From: Candidatus Latescibacterota bacterium
GTDB lineage: Bacteria > Latescibacterota > UBA2968 > UBA8231
Assembly (NCBI GenBank): GCA_965203175.1
Contig: OZ241867.1
Span: 4,544,001-4,608,000, forward strand
Direction: 5' to 3'
Length of the DNA: 64,000 nucleotides
Under the pieces are notes generated by a model. The model searched no databases. It saw nothing but the letters and a program-made list of their open reading frames with translations, and had not been told where the DNA came from. Every line of letters starts with the position of its first letter. Position 1 is the stretch's first letter. Position numbers and translations under genes: made by a program. Positions 40,802 to 49,770 of this stretch are shown here, piece after piece.

Positions 40802-40905
40802 AAGCACCTCCTTCTCGTGCTAGTTGCACATCTACGGGCTGCTATTACTTATATATTTACTTATATTTAATTATTCTTTTTGTCTATTGCCCTATTCGAG
40901 GCCCT

Positions 40906-41676
40906 GTGAACGTCATCATCGCGGCAATTTTAGTAGGCGTCCTCTTGGTTTGGGGCGGGTTTTGGGGCCTGCTCCGCATCGCGGACCCCTTCGAGCGCAA
41001 ACACGTGTTAATCCTCGCCGTGTACACTATCGTCGTCGTCGGCAGTGTTATGGGCTTGGTACTCTTTATAAATCACGAGCAGCAAAAGAAGCACCGCGCT
41101 CAGCTAGAGGCGCAAATGGACAAGTTCGACAATCGCCTCTCCGAGCTGAGTACCCGGCTCATTGGCCAGTTAGAGGAAAAAGCCAATCTGACTGCCTCTG
41201 AATTCGAGATCCGCTCCCTCCTGCAAAACGAAAAGGATCACCATAAGCGCACCCGTAACCAACTAGCGGCCCAAATCGATCGCACCAACGCGCTGGAAAA
41301 CAAAATGGAAACCGAGCGCAAAGAGCGGCTGCGCTACCAATCCGATACCGACCTCAAGCTCGAAGAACGCTTTCGGCAGGAAGATCGACGTTACCAAAAA
41401 CTCGTCGATACCCACAAGCGCTCCTTGGCGAGCGTGCAGGCCGAACTCGCCCCCCTCAACAGCGCGTTGACCCGCCTGCAAGAGCAAACCGCGACCTTAC
41501 AGCGCAATCAGCAAGCGATCATAGACAAAATTGCCGCCGCCCGCGAGACTCAAACGCTCTCGGCCCAAACGCTCGACGCGCTTGCCCGCAGCCTGAGCGC
41601 CCTGTCCAATGACTTCCACCAAACCATGACACAAGTTGACAGCCTGTATAATAGAACATCCCTAACGCCGCCTTAA
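40906..41676 (+). CDS. membrane-anchored coiled-coil protein
   Basis: Two N-terminal TMs, then about 190 aa of heptad-rich helix. Confidence 0.8.
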   Translation: MNVIIAAILVGVLLVWGGFWGLLRIADPFERKHVLILAVYTIVVVGSVMGLVLFINHEQQKKHRAQLEAQMDKFDNRLSELSTRLIGQLEEKANLTASEFEIRSLLQNEKDHHKRTRNQLAAQIDRTNALENKMETERKERLRYQSDTDLKLEERFRQEDRRYQKLVDTHKRSLASVQAELAPLNSALTRLQEQTATLQRNQQAIIDKIAAARETQTLSAQTLDALARSLSALSNDFHQTMTQVDSLYNRTSLTPP

Positions 41677-41686
41677 GGAGCCGACA

Positions 41687-42505
41687 ATGAAACGCATTCT
41701 CATCCCTTTCATCGCCCTATTCCTTGCCTCCTGCACCAATAAGGAGCAGGAGATGCTCCTCCTCCAATTACAAAGCGACATGGGCCGCGCCAACGCCGCT
41801 ATTGACTCGCTGACGTACTCGCTCGACGATTCCAACCGCTTGCTCGACGACATGCGGGCACAAGTTGACAGCACCCAACAGGTTAACGACAAGCTGCTCA
41901 AAAACGTGCAAAAGCTCAATAAAGAACTGCGGCACTGGAGTAAACTGGCCACCGAATACAAGCAGAGCAATGAGCGATTAAAGCTCGAAATTGAGCAGCT
42001 AAGAAGGGAAAAGCAAGCGGACCGCTACACTATTTCCCAGCTGCGCGCCGAGACCGACCGCCTCAATGGCGAACTGCTGGAAACCCATAGTAGCATCCGT
42101 CGCCAGAGCGATCACATCCGCCGCTTAGAGCAAGAGTTGGCCCAGACCAAGGCCGAACTGGACGAGGCCAAGAAAGCCGCGCAAAACGCAGTGTACCTCT
42201 ATGCTGCCAACGAGACGCAGCTCGTAGAGCAGGGCTATCTCAAAACCTACCGCCCCTTTGGCAGCGGATTTCGCAAGCAGTACGAGTTGGTAAAACAGAT
42301 CCGTCGCGACAACCCGGGTACCCAAGTCGCGCCCATTGGCCAAACCATCACGCTACCAGGAGAAGTCGAGGCCCTCGTCGATCACTACGGTAAGCTCAGG
42401 AAGGGGGACGACTACGAAATGACACTTGGCGAAGCTGGAGTGCAGGTCGCGTTCCTCAACGAGTTGGCCGGTGGCACAGGCGTCTTGGCGATACTTAAGG
42501 AATAA
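41687..42505 (+). CDS. coiled-coil lipoprotein (Cbp1-like C-terminal domain, tentative)
   Basis: TAAGGAG RBS; lipobox FLASC; about 150-aa coiled coil; NAVYLYAANETQLVEQGYL. Confidence 0.8.
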   Translation: MKRILIPFIALFLASCTNKEQEMLLLQLQSDMGRANAAIDSLTYSLDDSNRLLDDMRAQVDSTQQVNDKLLKNVQKLNKELRHWSKLATEYKQSNERLKLEIEQLRREKQADRYTISQLRAETDRLNGELLETHSSIRRQSDHIRRLEQELAQTKAELDEAKKAAQNAVYLYAANETQLVEQGYLKTYRPFGSGFRKQYELVKQIRRDNPGTQVAPIGQTITLPGEVEALVDHYGKLRKGDDYEMTLGEAGVQVAFLNELAGGTGVLAILKE

Positions 42506-42515
42506 GCTTGGGGCC

Positions 42516-42935
42516 TCACCAAGTATGGACGTAAACCGCCGAGCGCACCTTCTCCCCGGCTTGGTCGGTCGAGAGCAGTGAGTCGGCAAACGACGCGTGT
42601 TTGGCCAGCCGCTCGCGGCTACCCCCTTTGAGAAACAAGTGCAAACTAGCTTCGGGCTCGGCAGCGAGACGGCGTACCATCCGGCGAAACTCCCACTCGC
42701 TCAAAGGGCTGTCGATGGTGTAGCCATCGCGCGATAGCCCCACGCTCGCGCTCGTGTACAGTACGACCCGATCCCCAGGCTGTGGGTCGTGGCGATGTAC
42801 CCGCCAGACCGGTTGCGTCACGTTGAGAATCATAATACCCAAGCTCAACATCAGCATCATAATGCCCAAGAAGAGTTCCTTGCTAATATCGTGCTCTTCG
42901 AGCTCGGCGGCTTGGCGTTTGAGATAGCGGCTCAC
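42516..42935 (-). CDS. ExbD/TolR-like single-TM protein (divergent)
   Basis: Short basic/acidic N-terminus, one TM, small periplasmic domain; GTGA overlap with the MotA/TolQ/ExbB gene. Confidence 0.65.
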   Translation of the reverse strand: MSRYLKRQAAELEEHDISKELFLGIMMLMLSLGIMILNVTQPVWRVHRHDPQPGDRVVLYTSASVGLSRDGYTIDSPLSEWEFRRMVRRLAAEPEASLHLFLKGGSRERLAKHASFADSLLSTDQAGEKVRSAVYVHTW

Positions 42936-43717
42936 AATTTTCTATTCCTCTCTCTGACCCAAGCGTCCTCCTGCCGGGAGAGCCGCTGGACTAAGTAGTC
43001 GGCGATCTTGCGCAACGGCAAGTAGGCTAAGAGGCCGACGAGCGTGGTTTTAAAGGCCAAAACCAAGCCCTCGGCCATGGCGCTGAGTGCCTTAAAGGTC
43101 TGGGTCGCCTCGTCGATCTGACTCAATTCCTGCGCGGTCAGCAGTATGCCGCAGACCGTACCCAAGTAGCCGTACAGAGGGATCCTTGTCAGATCGCGGC
43201 GCACGTGCGTCAAAGGGTCGCCGAGAAAACCCACGAGTTCGTCCACCAACTCCTCGTCTCTGCTCTTGAGGTCGCTGTAGCTGGCGGATTGGCGCTGCAA
43301 TTCTGCTAGCTGTTCCATTCTCTGGCGGCCCAAGGTGTTGGAGCCGGGACCGCCGCGCCGCGCCCAAGCTCGCTCCTCGCGACGGAGGTGCAAGCTAATG
43401 TGTGCCAAGCTCAACAGATGACCTCCAGCCGACCAAGCGATCAGCACGTATGAGAAGCGGCCAATCCACGCAAAGGGGCTGGCTAGCTGCGGGTTTACGA
43501 AGAGGTAATAAGCGGGCAGTGCCCCGACGATCAACCCGGTCAGCAAGCCTATACAGCTAGCGAGGTACTGCAGGCGTGGCAAGTTCAGAGAGTACGCTTC
43601 GTCGTGCCGGCGCATGCGCCGGGCTCGTCGTAAGTGCAAACAGCTAACGGTGACGCCGCCGGCCAGCACCAACAGGATGCTGCTGACTAATACTAATTCG
43701 TCGTTCAAGAGGTCCAT
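42932..43717 (-). CDS. MotA/TolQ/ExbB proton channel family protein
   Basis: IPLYGYLGTVCGI and GLVLAFKTTLVGL match the ExbB/TolQ TM hairpin; ATG 43717. Confidence 0.85.
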   Translation of the reverse strand: MDLLNDELVLVSSILLVLAGGVTVSCLHLRRARRMRRHDEAYSLNLPRLQYLASCIGLLTGLIVGALPAYYLFVNPQLASPFAWIGRFSYVLIAWSAGGHLLSLAHISLHLRREERAWARRGGPGSNTLGRQRMEQLAELQRQSASYSDLKSRDEELVDELVGFLGDPLTHVRRDLTRIPLYGYLGTVCGILLTAQELSQIDEATQTFKALSAMAEGLVLAFKTTLVGLLAYLPLRKIADYLVQRLSRQEDAWVRERNRKL

Positions 43718-44913
43718 CCCTTCGCACTCAAGAGCTTCCACCATTGCCGACTCACCACTCCCAGATAAAACAGCAGGCCAGTCGCAATCCCCCACAGTTC
43801 CCACGGCGCGTTGCGGCCGATGTGGATGCCCCGAGCGGACGATTCCTGTCCGCCCATTCCCGTAGCGCGGCCTTCGCCTTTGGCTGAACCGCGTGCAGCT
43901 GGAGGTACGTAATCTCGGCGGCGATCTGCTTCTCCGCGCGCAGTGCTGGCCACAGCGCGCTGCGGCACGACGTGGCTCACGCCTTTAAGAGCTTGTTTTT
44001 TGGGGAAAACCAACTCGCGTTGCGCAGCGGGCAGTGCCTCGGTCCAAGCGAGTAGTTTTTTCGCCGCGTCTATGCTTTCGATTTCGGCCAATTTGTCCGC
44101 TTTCCCGAGGGAAAAAGCCAGCCGTCCGCGGACAGATCCCTGATAGAGCACGTCTGGTGCTGCGCTGCGACGCGCTTGGAGTTTTTGCGCTAATTCGTCG
44201 CGTTGCTTTTGCAAATGCACCAGACGGCTGACGACCATGTGAGTCTCCATAGGCTGGTGCTGCGCCGCTCCGGCCGCGTCCGCACCGGTGAGCGGCCGTC
44301 GCCGTGCAGCTCGGGCCAATTGCGCGGCGTCAAAGCGGGCCTCTAATTCGACTTCGCCAAACAGCGTCATCCCCCAGATGACTTCGGCTCCGGGAATGTC
44401 GGGCAAGCTGTGGTTGTAAAAACGCGGCTCGGCCCGCTGGCCATCCACCCACCAGCGGCCATCGCCAGTAGCCAGCACCTTGCGCAATCGACCGCGACCA
44501 TCTTGCAAGTACAAACCAGCCATAAAGCCACTCTCGACTCGGTCGGTGTCCCAGCAATGGGCGCGTAGGATATTGGAGCTGAGCAGATACACAACGGGAA
44601 TTTCGACTCGGATTGGGGTCAAGCGCGTCTCCCCGATCCGGTGCCCATTGAGGAACAGCTCTGCTTCATCGTCAGCCCAGAAAATCAGTACCAGTTTGGA
44701 ATTGGCTGGCAATAGCCGGCTGTTTTCTTTGCGCTTTGCCAATTCGCGCAGCTTATCCCCCCCATAGAGGCGGACTAAGGTGTCGATGCTGGCGGACACT
44801 TGGTTGTACTGTTGTCTGAGTGCCACCACGTCATCGGCCGCAGCGGCTGTGCTCCAACCGACTCCGCACGCCGTCCAAGCCAACCAACGCATCCATCGCG
44901 CACAGCCGCTCAT
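43705..44913 (-). CDS. secreted, C-terminally anchored hypothetical protein with jelly-roll-like domain
   Basis: Signal peptide ending STAAAA; WADDEAELFLNGHRIG; C-terminal TM with basic tail; ATGA overlap with the SDR stop. Confidence 0.75.
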   Translation of the reverse strand: MSGCARWMRWLAWTACGVGWSTAAAADDVVALRQQYNQVSASIDTLVRLYGGDKLRELAKRKENSRLLPANSKLVLIFWADDEAELFLNGHRIGETRLTPIRVEIPVVYLLSSNILRAHCWDTDRVESGFMAGLYLQDGRGRLRKVLATGDGRWWVDGQRAEPRFYNHSLPDIPGAEVIWGMTLFGEVELEARFDAAQLARAARRRPLTGADAAGAAQHQPMETHMVVSRLVHLQKQRDELAQKLQARRSAAPDVLYQGSVRGRLAFSLGKADKLAEIESIDAAKKLLAWTEALPAAQRELVFPKKQALKGVSHVVPQRAVASTARGEADRRRDYVPPAARGSAKGEGRATGMGGQESSARGIHIGRNAPWELWGIATGLLFYLGVVSRQWWKLLSAKGWTS

Positions 44914-45680
44914 ATATTGGACTTGGATTGCCCCCCATCGACATTGATACAAGCACCGGTCACCCACTGCGCCCGATCGGACGCCAAAAAGGCCACGACA
45001 TCGGCGACCTCTTCTGGGGTACCAAAGCGGCCAAAGGGTATGTTGGCGTCGATAAATGCCTGGATTTGTGCTGGGTTCTCCTTCATTCGCCGCTCCCAAC
45101 TCCCCCCGGGAAAGAGAATGGAGCCCGGAGCCACGGTATTGACGCGGATATTCTTTTTCGCCGCTTCAATGGCTAGGTTGGCCCCTAGGCTAATCAGTGC
45201 CGCTTTAGCGGCATTATACGAGATAGGTCCACCGGCTTCGCGGCCAAAGATTGAAGAAATGTGGACGATGCTGCCGCCCCCACGCGCTTCCATCAAGGGA
45301 ATCGCCGCCCGACTCACCCGCACGGCCGAAAGAAAGCTCAAGTTGATGATTTCGTTCCACTCGGCATCGTCGATCTCGACAAAGGAGGTCCACTTCGATC
45401 CGCCGACATTGTTTACGAGAATATCGAGCCCGCCAAAGCGATTTTTTGCAGCCTCCACCACAGCGATCGCACCTTCCGGTGTAGTCACATCTTGCGCGAT
45501 CTCCTCCACCTCTGCACCTCTATTTGCTAAGTCGGCAGCCGCTTCCGCCAGCGCGTCGGCACCGCGCGCGCAGATACAGAGCCGGGCACCCTCGGCGGCC
45601 AAGGCCGCGGCGATGCGCTTGCCAATGCCACGGCTAGCTCCGGTCACTAAGGCGATTTTGTCTTTGAGTTCTAGATCCAA
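44910..45680 (-). CDS. SDR family oxidoreductase
   Basis: TGASRGIG, NNVG, YNAAK, NTVAPG, VDGG; TTG 45680 after GGAG. Confidence 0.95.
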   Translation of the reverse strand: MDLELKDKIALVTGASRGIGKRIAAALAAEGARLCICARGADALAEAAADLANRGAEVEEIAQDVTTPEGAIAVVEAAKNRFGGLDILVNNVGGSKWTSFVEIDDAEWNEIINLSFLSAVRVSRAAIPLMEARGGGSIVHISSIFGREAGGPISYNAAKAALISLGANLAIEAAKKNIRVNTVAPGSILFPGGSWERRMKENPAQIQAFIDANIPFGRFGTPEEVADVVAFLASDRAQWVTGACINVDGGQSKSNI

Positions 45681-45691
45681 ACTACACTCCT

Positions 45692-46669
45692 TTACTCCAT
45701 GCCCGGAGCCAGTGCTCCGGGGTTGGTCGCGAAAAGCGCGATCAAATAAGCAATGCACAACGCCAACAACACCAAGCCCTTCCAGCGGTTTAACTCGTAG
45801 CCTAAGCGCATCAACCCGAGCATCGTCAGCACGATCGCCAGCATCCACGGGAACATGAAATTGACCACGTTGGCCGGAACCACCAGCGGATTGGCCAGGG
45901 CCGAAGCGCCGGCAATCCAGCAGATATTGAGGATGTCGGCTCCGAGGATGTTGCCCACCGCCAAGGCCCCTTGGCCCTTGCGGGCGGCGACAATGCAGGT
46001 GGCGACCTCGGGTATCGAAGTGCCCAAGGCCACAACCACCAAGCCTATGACCACATTCGGCAGTCCCAATGCCTCCCCTACCACCGGGGTGGCCTCGACG
46101 ATAAAGTGGCTGCTGACGACCACCCCAGCCAAACCGCCGACGAATAGTAAGGCGACCAGCCAGAGGCTGCGCGAGGGGGCTTCCTCTTCGACTATCTCGG
46201 CGCGCGGTCGCCGCTTCTGCTCCCAGAACGAGTATATCAGGTATAGGACAAAAAGACCCACCAACGCGCCGCCTTCCACCCGGGCTAGCGTCCCATCGAA
46301 AGCCATGTACCAAGCCACTAGATCTACGGTGATGAGAAAGATCGCTGCCGAGCGCAGCACGATGCGGTCGATGGCGATGGCCGTAGTGGCAAAAAGCGCA
46401 GCCATGGGCAGAGCCAAGCCATCGTCGTAAATAACCGACCCTACGGCATTGCCCAGTGCCACTTCGGGCGAATCCCTAAGGGCGGCGGTCACGGAGACCG
46501 CCAGTTCGGGCGCGGTAGTGCCAAGGCCGACGATGACGATGCCGATCAAAATCGGCGGAGCGTGGAGGTAGCGCGCAATATCAATGGCTCCCTCCACCAG
46601 ATAGTCGGCACATTTGGCCAACAGCACGAAGGATAGGGCCATCAGGCCCACTGCCTCCCATACCCCCAT
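45692..46669 (-). CDS. calcium/sodium antiporter (YrbG/CaCA family)
   Basis: Alpha repeats GTTAPEL...GNAVGS and GTSIPEV...GNILGA. Confidence 0.92.
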   Translation of the reverse strand: MGVWEAVGLMALSFVLLAKCADYLVEGAIDIARYLHAPPILIGIVIVGLGTTAPELAVSVTAALRDSPEVALGNAVGSVIYDDGLALPMAALFATTAIAIDRIVLRSAAIFLITVDLVAWYMAFDGTLARVEGGALVGLFVLYLIYSFWEQKRRPRAEIVEEEAPSRSLWLVALLFVGGLAGVVVSSHFIVEATPVVGEALGLPNVVIGLVVVALGTSIPEVATCIVAARKGQGALAVGNILGADILNICWIAGASALANPLVVPANVVNFMFPWMLAIVLTMLGLMRLGYELNRWKGLVLLALCIAYLIALFATNPGALAPGME

Positions 46670-46690
46670 AGTTTTAGCTCTTGGCCGTCC

Positions 46691-47563
46691 TCACGGCGCG
46701 TCTAAGTAGGAAGACAAGAGGCGCTCGGCGTTTTGGTAGGCGATCTTGTCAAAAGCTTCCGCAGGTAGCTCAAGGGTGCGCAGAAAATCCATCAGCTGGG
46801 AGTCAAAGTAGTCCCGACCAAAGAGCAATTTGTCCTGAAATTCGAGGAGAAAATTGCGCCCGAAGTCCCGATCCCTTTGCAGCGCGCGCAAACCCGACCC
46901 GGCCGACAGGTCGGCATATAGGTTGGGGTATTGGCGCATCATTGGGGCCAAGCGTCCATTGGGCAGCACCGGCCCGCGCGGGTAGCTCTCCTTGTCGTAG
47001 CGATCATCTCCGGAAATATGGGCCCAGAACCCAGGAGCATGGCCGATAAAGACCGTCTGTGGACAGGCTGCAATCGCTCGTTCAAGCGCGTCGAGGCTGC
47101 CACCGTACCACCAGTTGGGGCGAGGATAAGCGCCGCGGCCGTGGTCAATTGGATAGTCGAGATGGATCGTAATGGGCAAGCGCATCTCACCACAAGCATC
47201 GTACAGGCGCAGCGCATCTGGATCGTCAAACGGAAGGCGCACCTTCAGCTCGGAGGCAACCTGCACGCCGTGAATTTCGACTGCGGCCTTGAGCCGATCT
47301 ATGGCGTCGGGACGCTTGGGATGCGGCATGTAGCCGAGAACAAAGCGATCAGGCGCTTCTCTGCCGACGGCCAACACATCTTCAAAGGGAATCCCCGAGC
47401 CCGTAGGGGGCAACACCGAGTGATACGCAGGCGAGTATTCATCTACAGGGACCTCCCACGAGAAAAGCCACATTTGGTCGATGCCCTGCTCGTCCATGTT
47501 GCGCAGGATTTTGGCGGCGTTAAAGCCGTGCCAATTGGGGTGATTATGCGCGTCAATAAGCAT
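46691..47563 (-). CDS. amidohydrolase_2 family protein
   Basis: IDAHNH, ELK, IHLD, IGHAP, YADLSA, LFGRD. Confidence 0.9.
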   Translation of the reverse strand: MLIDAHNHPNWHGFNAAKILRNMDEQGIDQMWLFSWEVPVDEYSPAYHSVLPPTGSGIPFEDVLAVGREAPDRFVLGYMPHPKRPDAIDRLKAAVEIHGVQVASELKVRLPFDDPDALRLYDACGEMRLPITIHLDYPIDHGRGAYPRPNWWYGGSLDALERAIAACPQTVFIGHAPGFWAHISGDDRYDKESYPRGPVLPNGRLAPMMRQYPNLYADLSAGSGLRALQRDRDFGRNFLLEFQDKLLFGRDYFDSQLMDFLRTLELPAEAFDKIAYQNAERLLSSYLDAP

Positions 47564-47569
47564 TTGTTA

Positions 47570-47598
47570 ATGATATTCTTGCAAGCGAAAACTGTCAA
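47570..47598 (-). promoter_or_regulatory. sigma70 promoter, probably leaderless transcript
   Basis: TTGACA-17 nt-TATCAT, then 6 nt to the ATG at 47563. Confidence 0.7.
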
Positions 47599-47627
47599 GA
47601 TAAAGTGAGCTTTATCTATTGTTTTTA

Positions 47628-47682
47628 TTAATAATTATTCTTGATAAATAATTTTTATTCATTAAATTATTTATCCTATTCA
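47628..47682. promoter_or_regulatory. putative ARG boxes upstream of argG
   Basis: AT-rich tract with TTAATAATTATTCT, ATAATTTTTATTCA and ATTTATCCTATTCA at 20-21 bp spacing. Confidence 0.4.
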
Positions 47683-47704
47683 CAAAAGCGCAAAAGGAGC
47701 AACC

Positions 47705-48964
47705 ATGAACATCGCAGATCTAAAGAGTCAAAAGGTCATGCTAGCCGCATCCGGTGGCCTCGATAGCTGTACCATCACCCATTGGCTTCAATCGCAAGGG
47801 CTAGAGGTTGTCGCCTATACCGCCGATCTGGGGCAACCCGACGAGGAGCGCATTGAAGACATACGGAGCCGGATGCAGGCTTGTGGAGCCGCTGAGATGA
47901 TTCTCGACGACCGCAGAGAGGCTATTTGCCAAGCTGGCATCCAACTTGTCCAAACTCAGGCCCGCTACGAGGGGGGCTATTGGAACACTACTGGCATCGC
48001 CCGGCACGTGACGGTGGCCGGCATGTTGCCCCACATGCAAGAACGCGGCATCCAAATAATGGCGCACGGAGCAACCGGACGCGGCAACGATCAAGTCCGC
48101 TTCCAACTAGCGGCGCAAATGCTCGCGCCACACATCGAGGTGTACGCTCCCTGGCGCGACCCGGCTTTCTTGCAAAATTTTGGTGGGCGCAGCGAGATGA
48201 TCGCCTACTGCCAGGAGCACGGCTTGCCCATAACTGCCACCCAGGATAAACCCTATTCTACGGATGCCAATATGCTCGGTCTGACGCACGAAGCTGGCCA
48301 GCTCGAAGCCCTAGATACCGCGGCCAGCCTCATCTCACCTGGTATGGGTTGTTTTCCGCAGCAGGCTCCGGATACCGCCGAGACTTTTACCGTGCGCCTT
48401 GAACGAGGTGTCCCAATCGCCATCAACGGCCACGCCGTCGGCCCGATCACAGCCATCGAGCAAAGCAACGCCATTGCCGGGCGGCACGGGGTCGGCATTG
48501 GCTTACACGCGGTAGAAAATCGCTTCGTTGGCATCAAGTCGCGCGGCGTCTATGAAGCACCAGCCCTAGAGCTACTCGGCCAGTGCTACGATTACTTGCT
48601 CCAACTCATTCTCGATCGCCGTGCGAGACGGATTTTCACCGTTGTCTCTGGATTTATTGCCGAGCAAATCTACCAAGGCTATTGGTTTGACACGGCGACT
48701 CAAGCGAGTTGGAAGCTCATTGAGCATTTTAATCAATTGGCGACTGGGACCATCTCCGTCTCGCTCTACAAAGGCCAAGTCGCCTTTTGCGCGGCCAGCG
48801 ACGTCCCCCACTCGCTCTACAGCGAGGACACCGCTTCCATGGAGGCCATCGGCGATTTCGACCACCGCGACTCCGAGGGCTTCCTCGGCGTCTTGGGCGT
48901 CAGCGCCCGCGCACTTCATCAGGCTGGGCAGGTTGTGCAACCCAATGGCGATACAGCAGCTTGA
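47705..48964 (+). CDS. argG: argininosuccinate synthase
   Basis: ASGGLDS, ADLGQ, HGATGRGNDQVRF, YSTDAN, VENRFVGIKSRGVYEAP. Confidence 0.96.
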   Translation: MNIADLKSQKVMLAASGGLDSCTITHWLQSQGLEVVAYTADLGQPDEERIEDIRSRMQACGAAEMILDDRREAICQAGIQLVQTQARYEGGYWNTTGIARHVTVAGMLPHMQERGIQIMAHGATGRGNDQVRFQLAAQMLAPHIEVYAPWRDPAFLQNFGGRSEMIAYCQEHGLPITATQDKPYSTDANMLGLTHEAGQLEALDTAASLISPGMGCFPQQAPDTAETFTVRLERGVPIAINGHAVGPITAIEQSNAIAGRHGVGIGLHAVENRFVGIKSRGVYEAPALELLGQCYDYLLQLILDRRARRIFTVVSGFIAEQIYQGYWFDTATQASWKLIEHFNQLATGTISVSLYKGQVAFCAASDVPHSLYSEDTASMEAIGDFDHRDSEGFLGVLGVSARALHQAGQVVQPNGDTAA

Positions 48965-49769
48965 CCTCTTTGGGTAATCGGTCAAAAACTTCCCGTTCAA
49001 TCGGCACCATCTCGTAGTTTTTACCTCCGGTCTCCATCACCATCGCCTCGTGCTCAGGCCGGCCGATGAGCGTGGGGTTTAGGTTCAGCCACCAAGGGGC
49101 GTAGCGCACGATAAGGGCGACGCGATCGCTTTCGCTTTGGTTGGGAGCTACGGCGTGCCAAAGCCGGCTGTCGTACACCAAGACGCTGCCAGCCGCTCCT
49201 TCGATCTGGCACTCGGTCGGATAGGGCGCGTCCTGATCCATTTCGTGCATGTCCCCAGCCGCGGGATTGCGCGGCCAGCGATGACTGCCCGGCACCACGA
49301 AGGTCCCCCCTGTCTCAGGAGCAAACGGCGTCAGCATCCATATCGTCGAAAGATGCAGGACCGCGTTTGGGTACGGCGCGGGGATGTGCGAGGCGTTGGT
49401 GGAGTTGTAAGGCCAATCGGCGTGCCAATAGCCCCGCGCATTACCCGGGTGATTGACCACGCAGTCCGTGCAGGAAATCCGCGCCCACGCCCCGAAAAAA
49501 GACTCGACTACCTCTAGGAGCCGGCGGTCGGCTAAGTACGGAGCAAAGGATTGCACCTGATTGATGACTTGTTTGAACTGGGCCACGCCTGGGGTGCCGA
49601 TCCGGTGACCGCGGCGGCGAATTTCGGCCAATTTGGCGTCGGACTGCTGGCGATTGTGCTCGACCACAGCCGCCAGCTCGGCGCATATATCCCCGACTAG
49701 TGCCTTGGGAATCACTTGCTCGACGACGCAAAAGCCGTCGCGCTCGATGTGCTGTTTGTAGATAGTCAC
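48900..49769 (-). CDS. phytanoyl-CoA dioxygenase (PhyH) family protein
   Basis: RDGFCVV, WHADWP (HxD), GGTFVVPGSH, RLWHAVAPN, R.ALIVRY. Confidence 0.92.
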   Translation of the reverse strand: MTIYKQHIERDGFCVVEQVIPKALVGDICAELAAVVEHNRQQSDAKLAEIRRRGHRIGTPGVAQFKQVINQVQSFAPYLADRRLLEVVESFFGAWARISCTDCVVNHPGNARGYWHADWPYNSTNASHIPAPYPNAVLHLSTIWMLTPFAPETGGTFVVPGSHRWPRNPAAGDMHEMDQDAPYPTECQIEGAAGSVLVYDSRLWHAVAPNQSESDRVALIVRYAPWWLNLNPTLIGRPEHEAMVMETGGKNYEMVPIEREVFDRLPKEVKLLYRHWVAQPAQPDEVRGR

Positions 49770-49770
49770 T

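Noticed and set aside
42516-43717. Zorya ZorAB or flagellar MotAB assignment
   Set aside because: No long ZorA tail, no OmpA-like domain in the partner, and no zorC/D/E or flagellar genes nearby.
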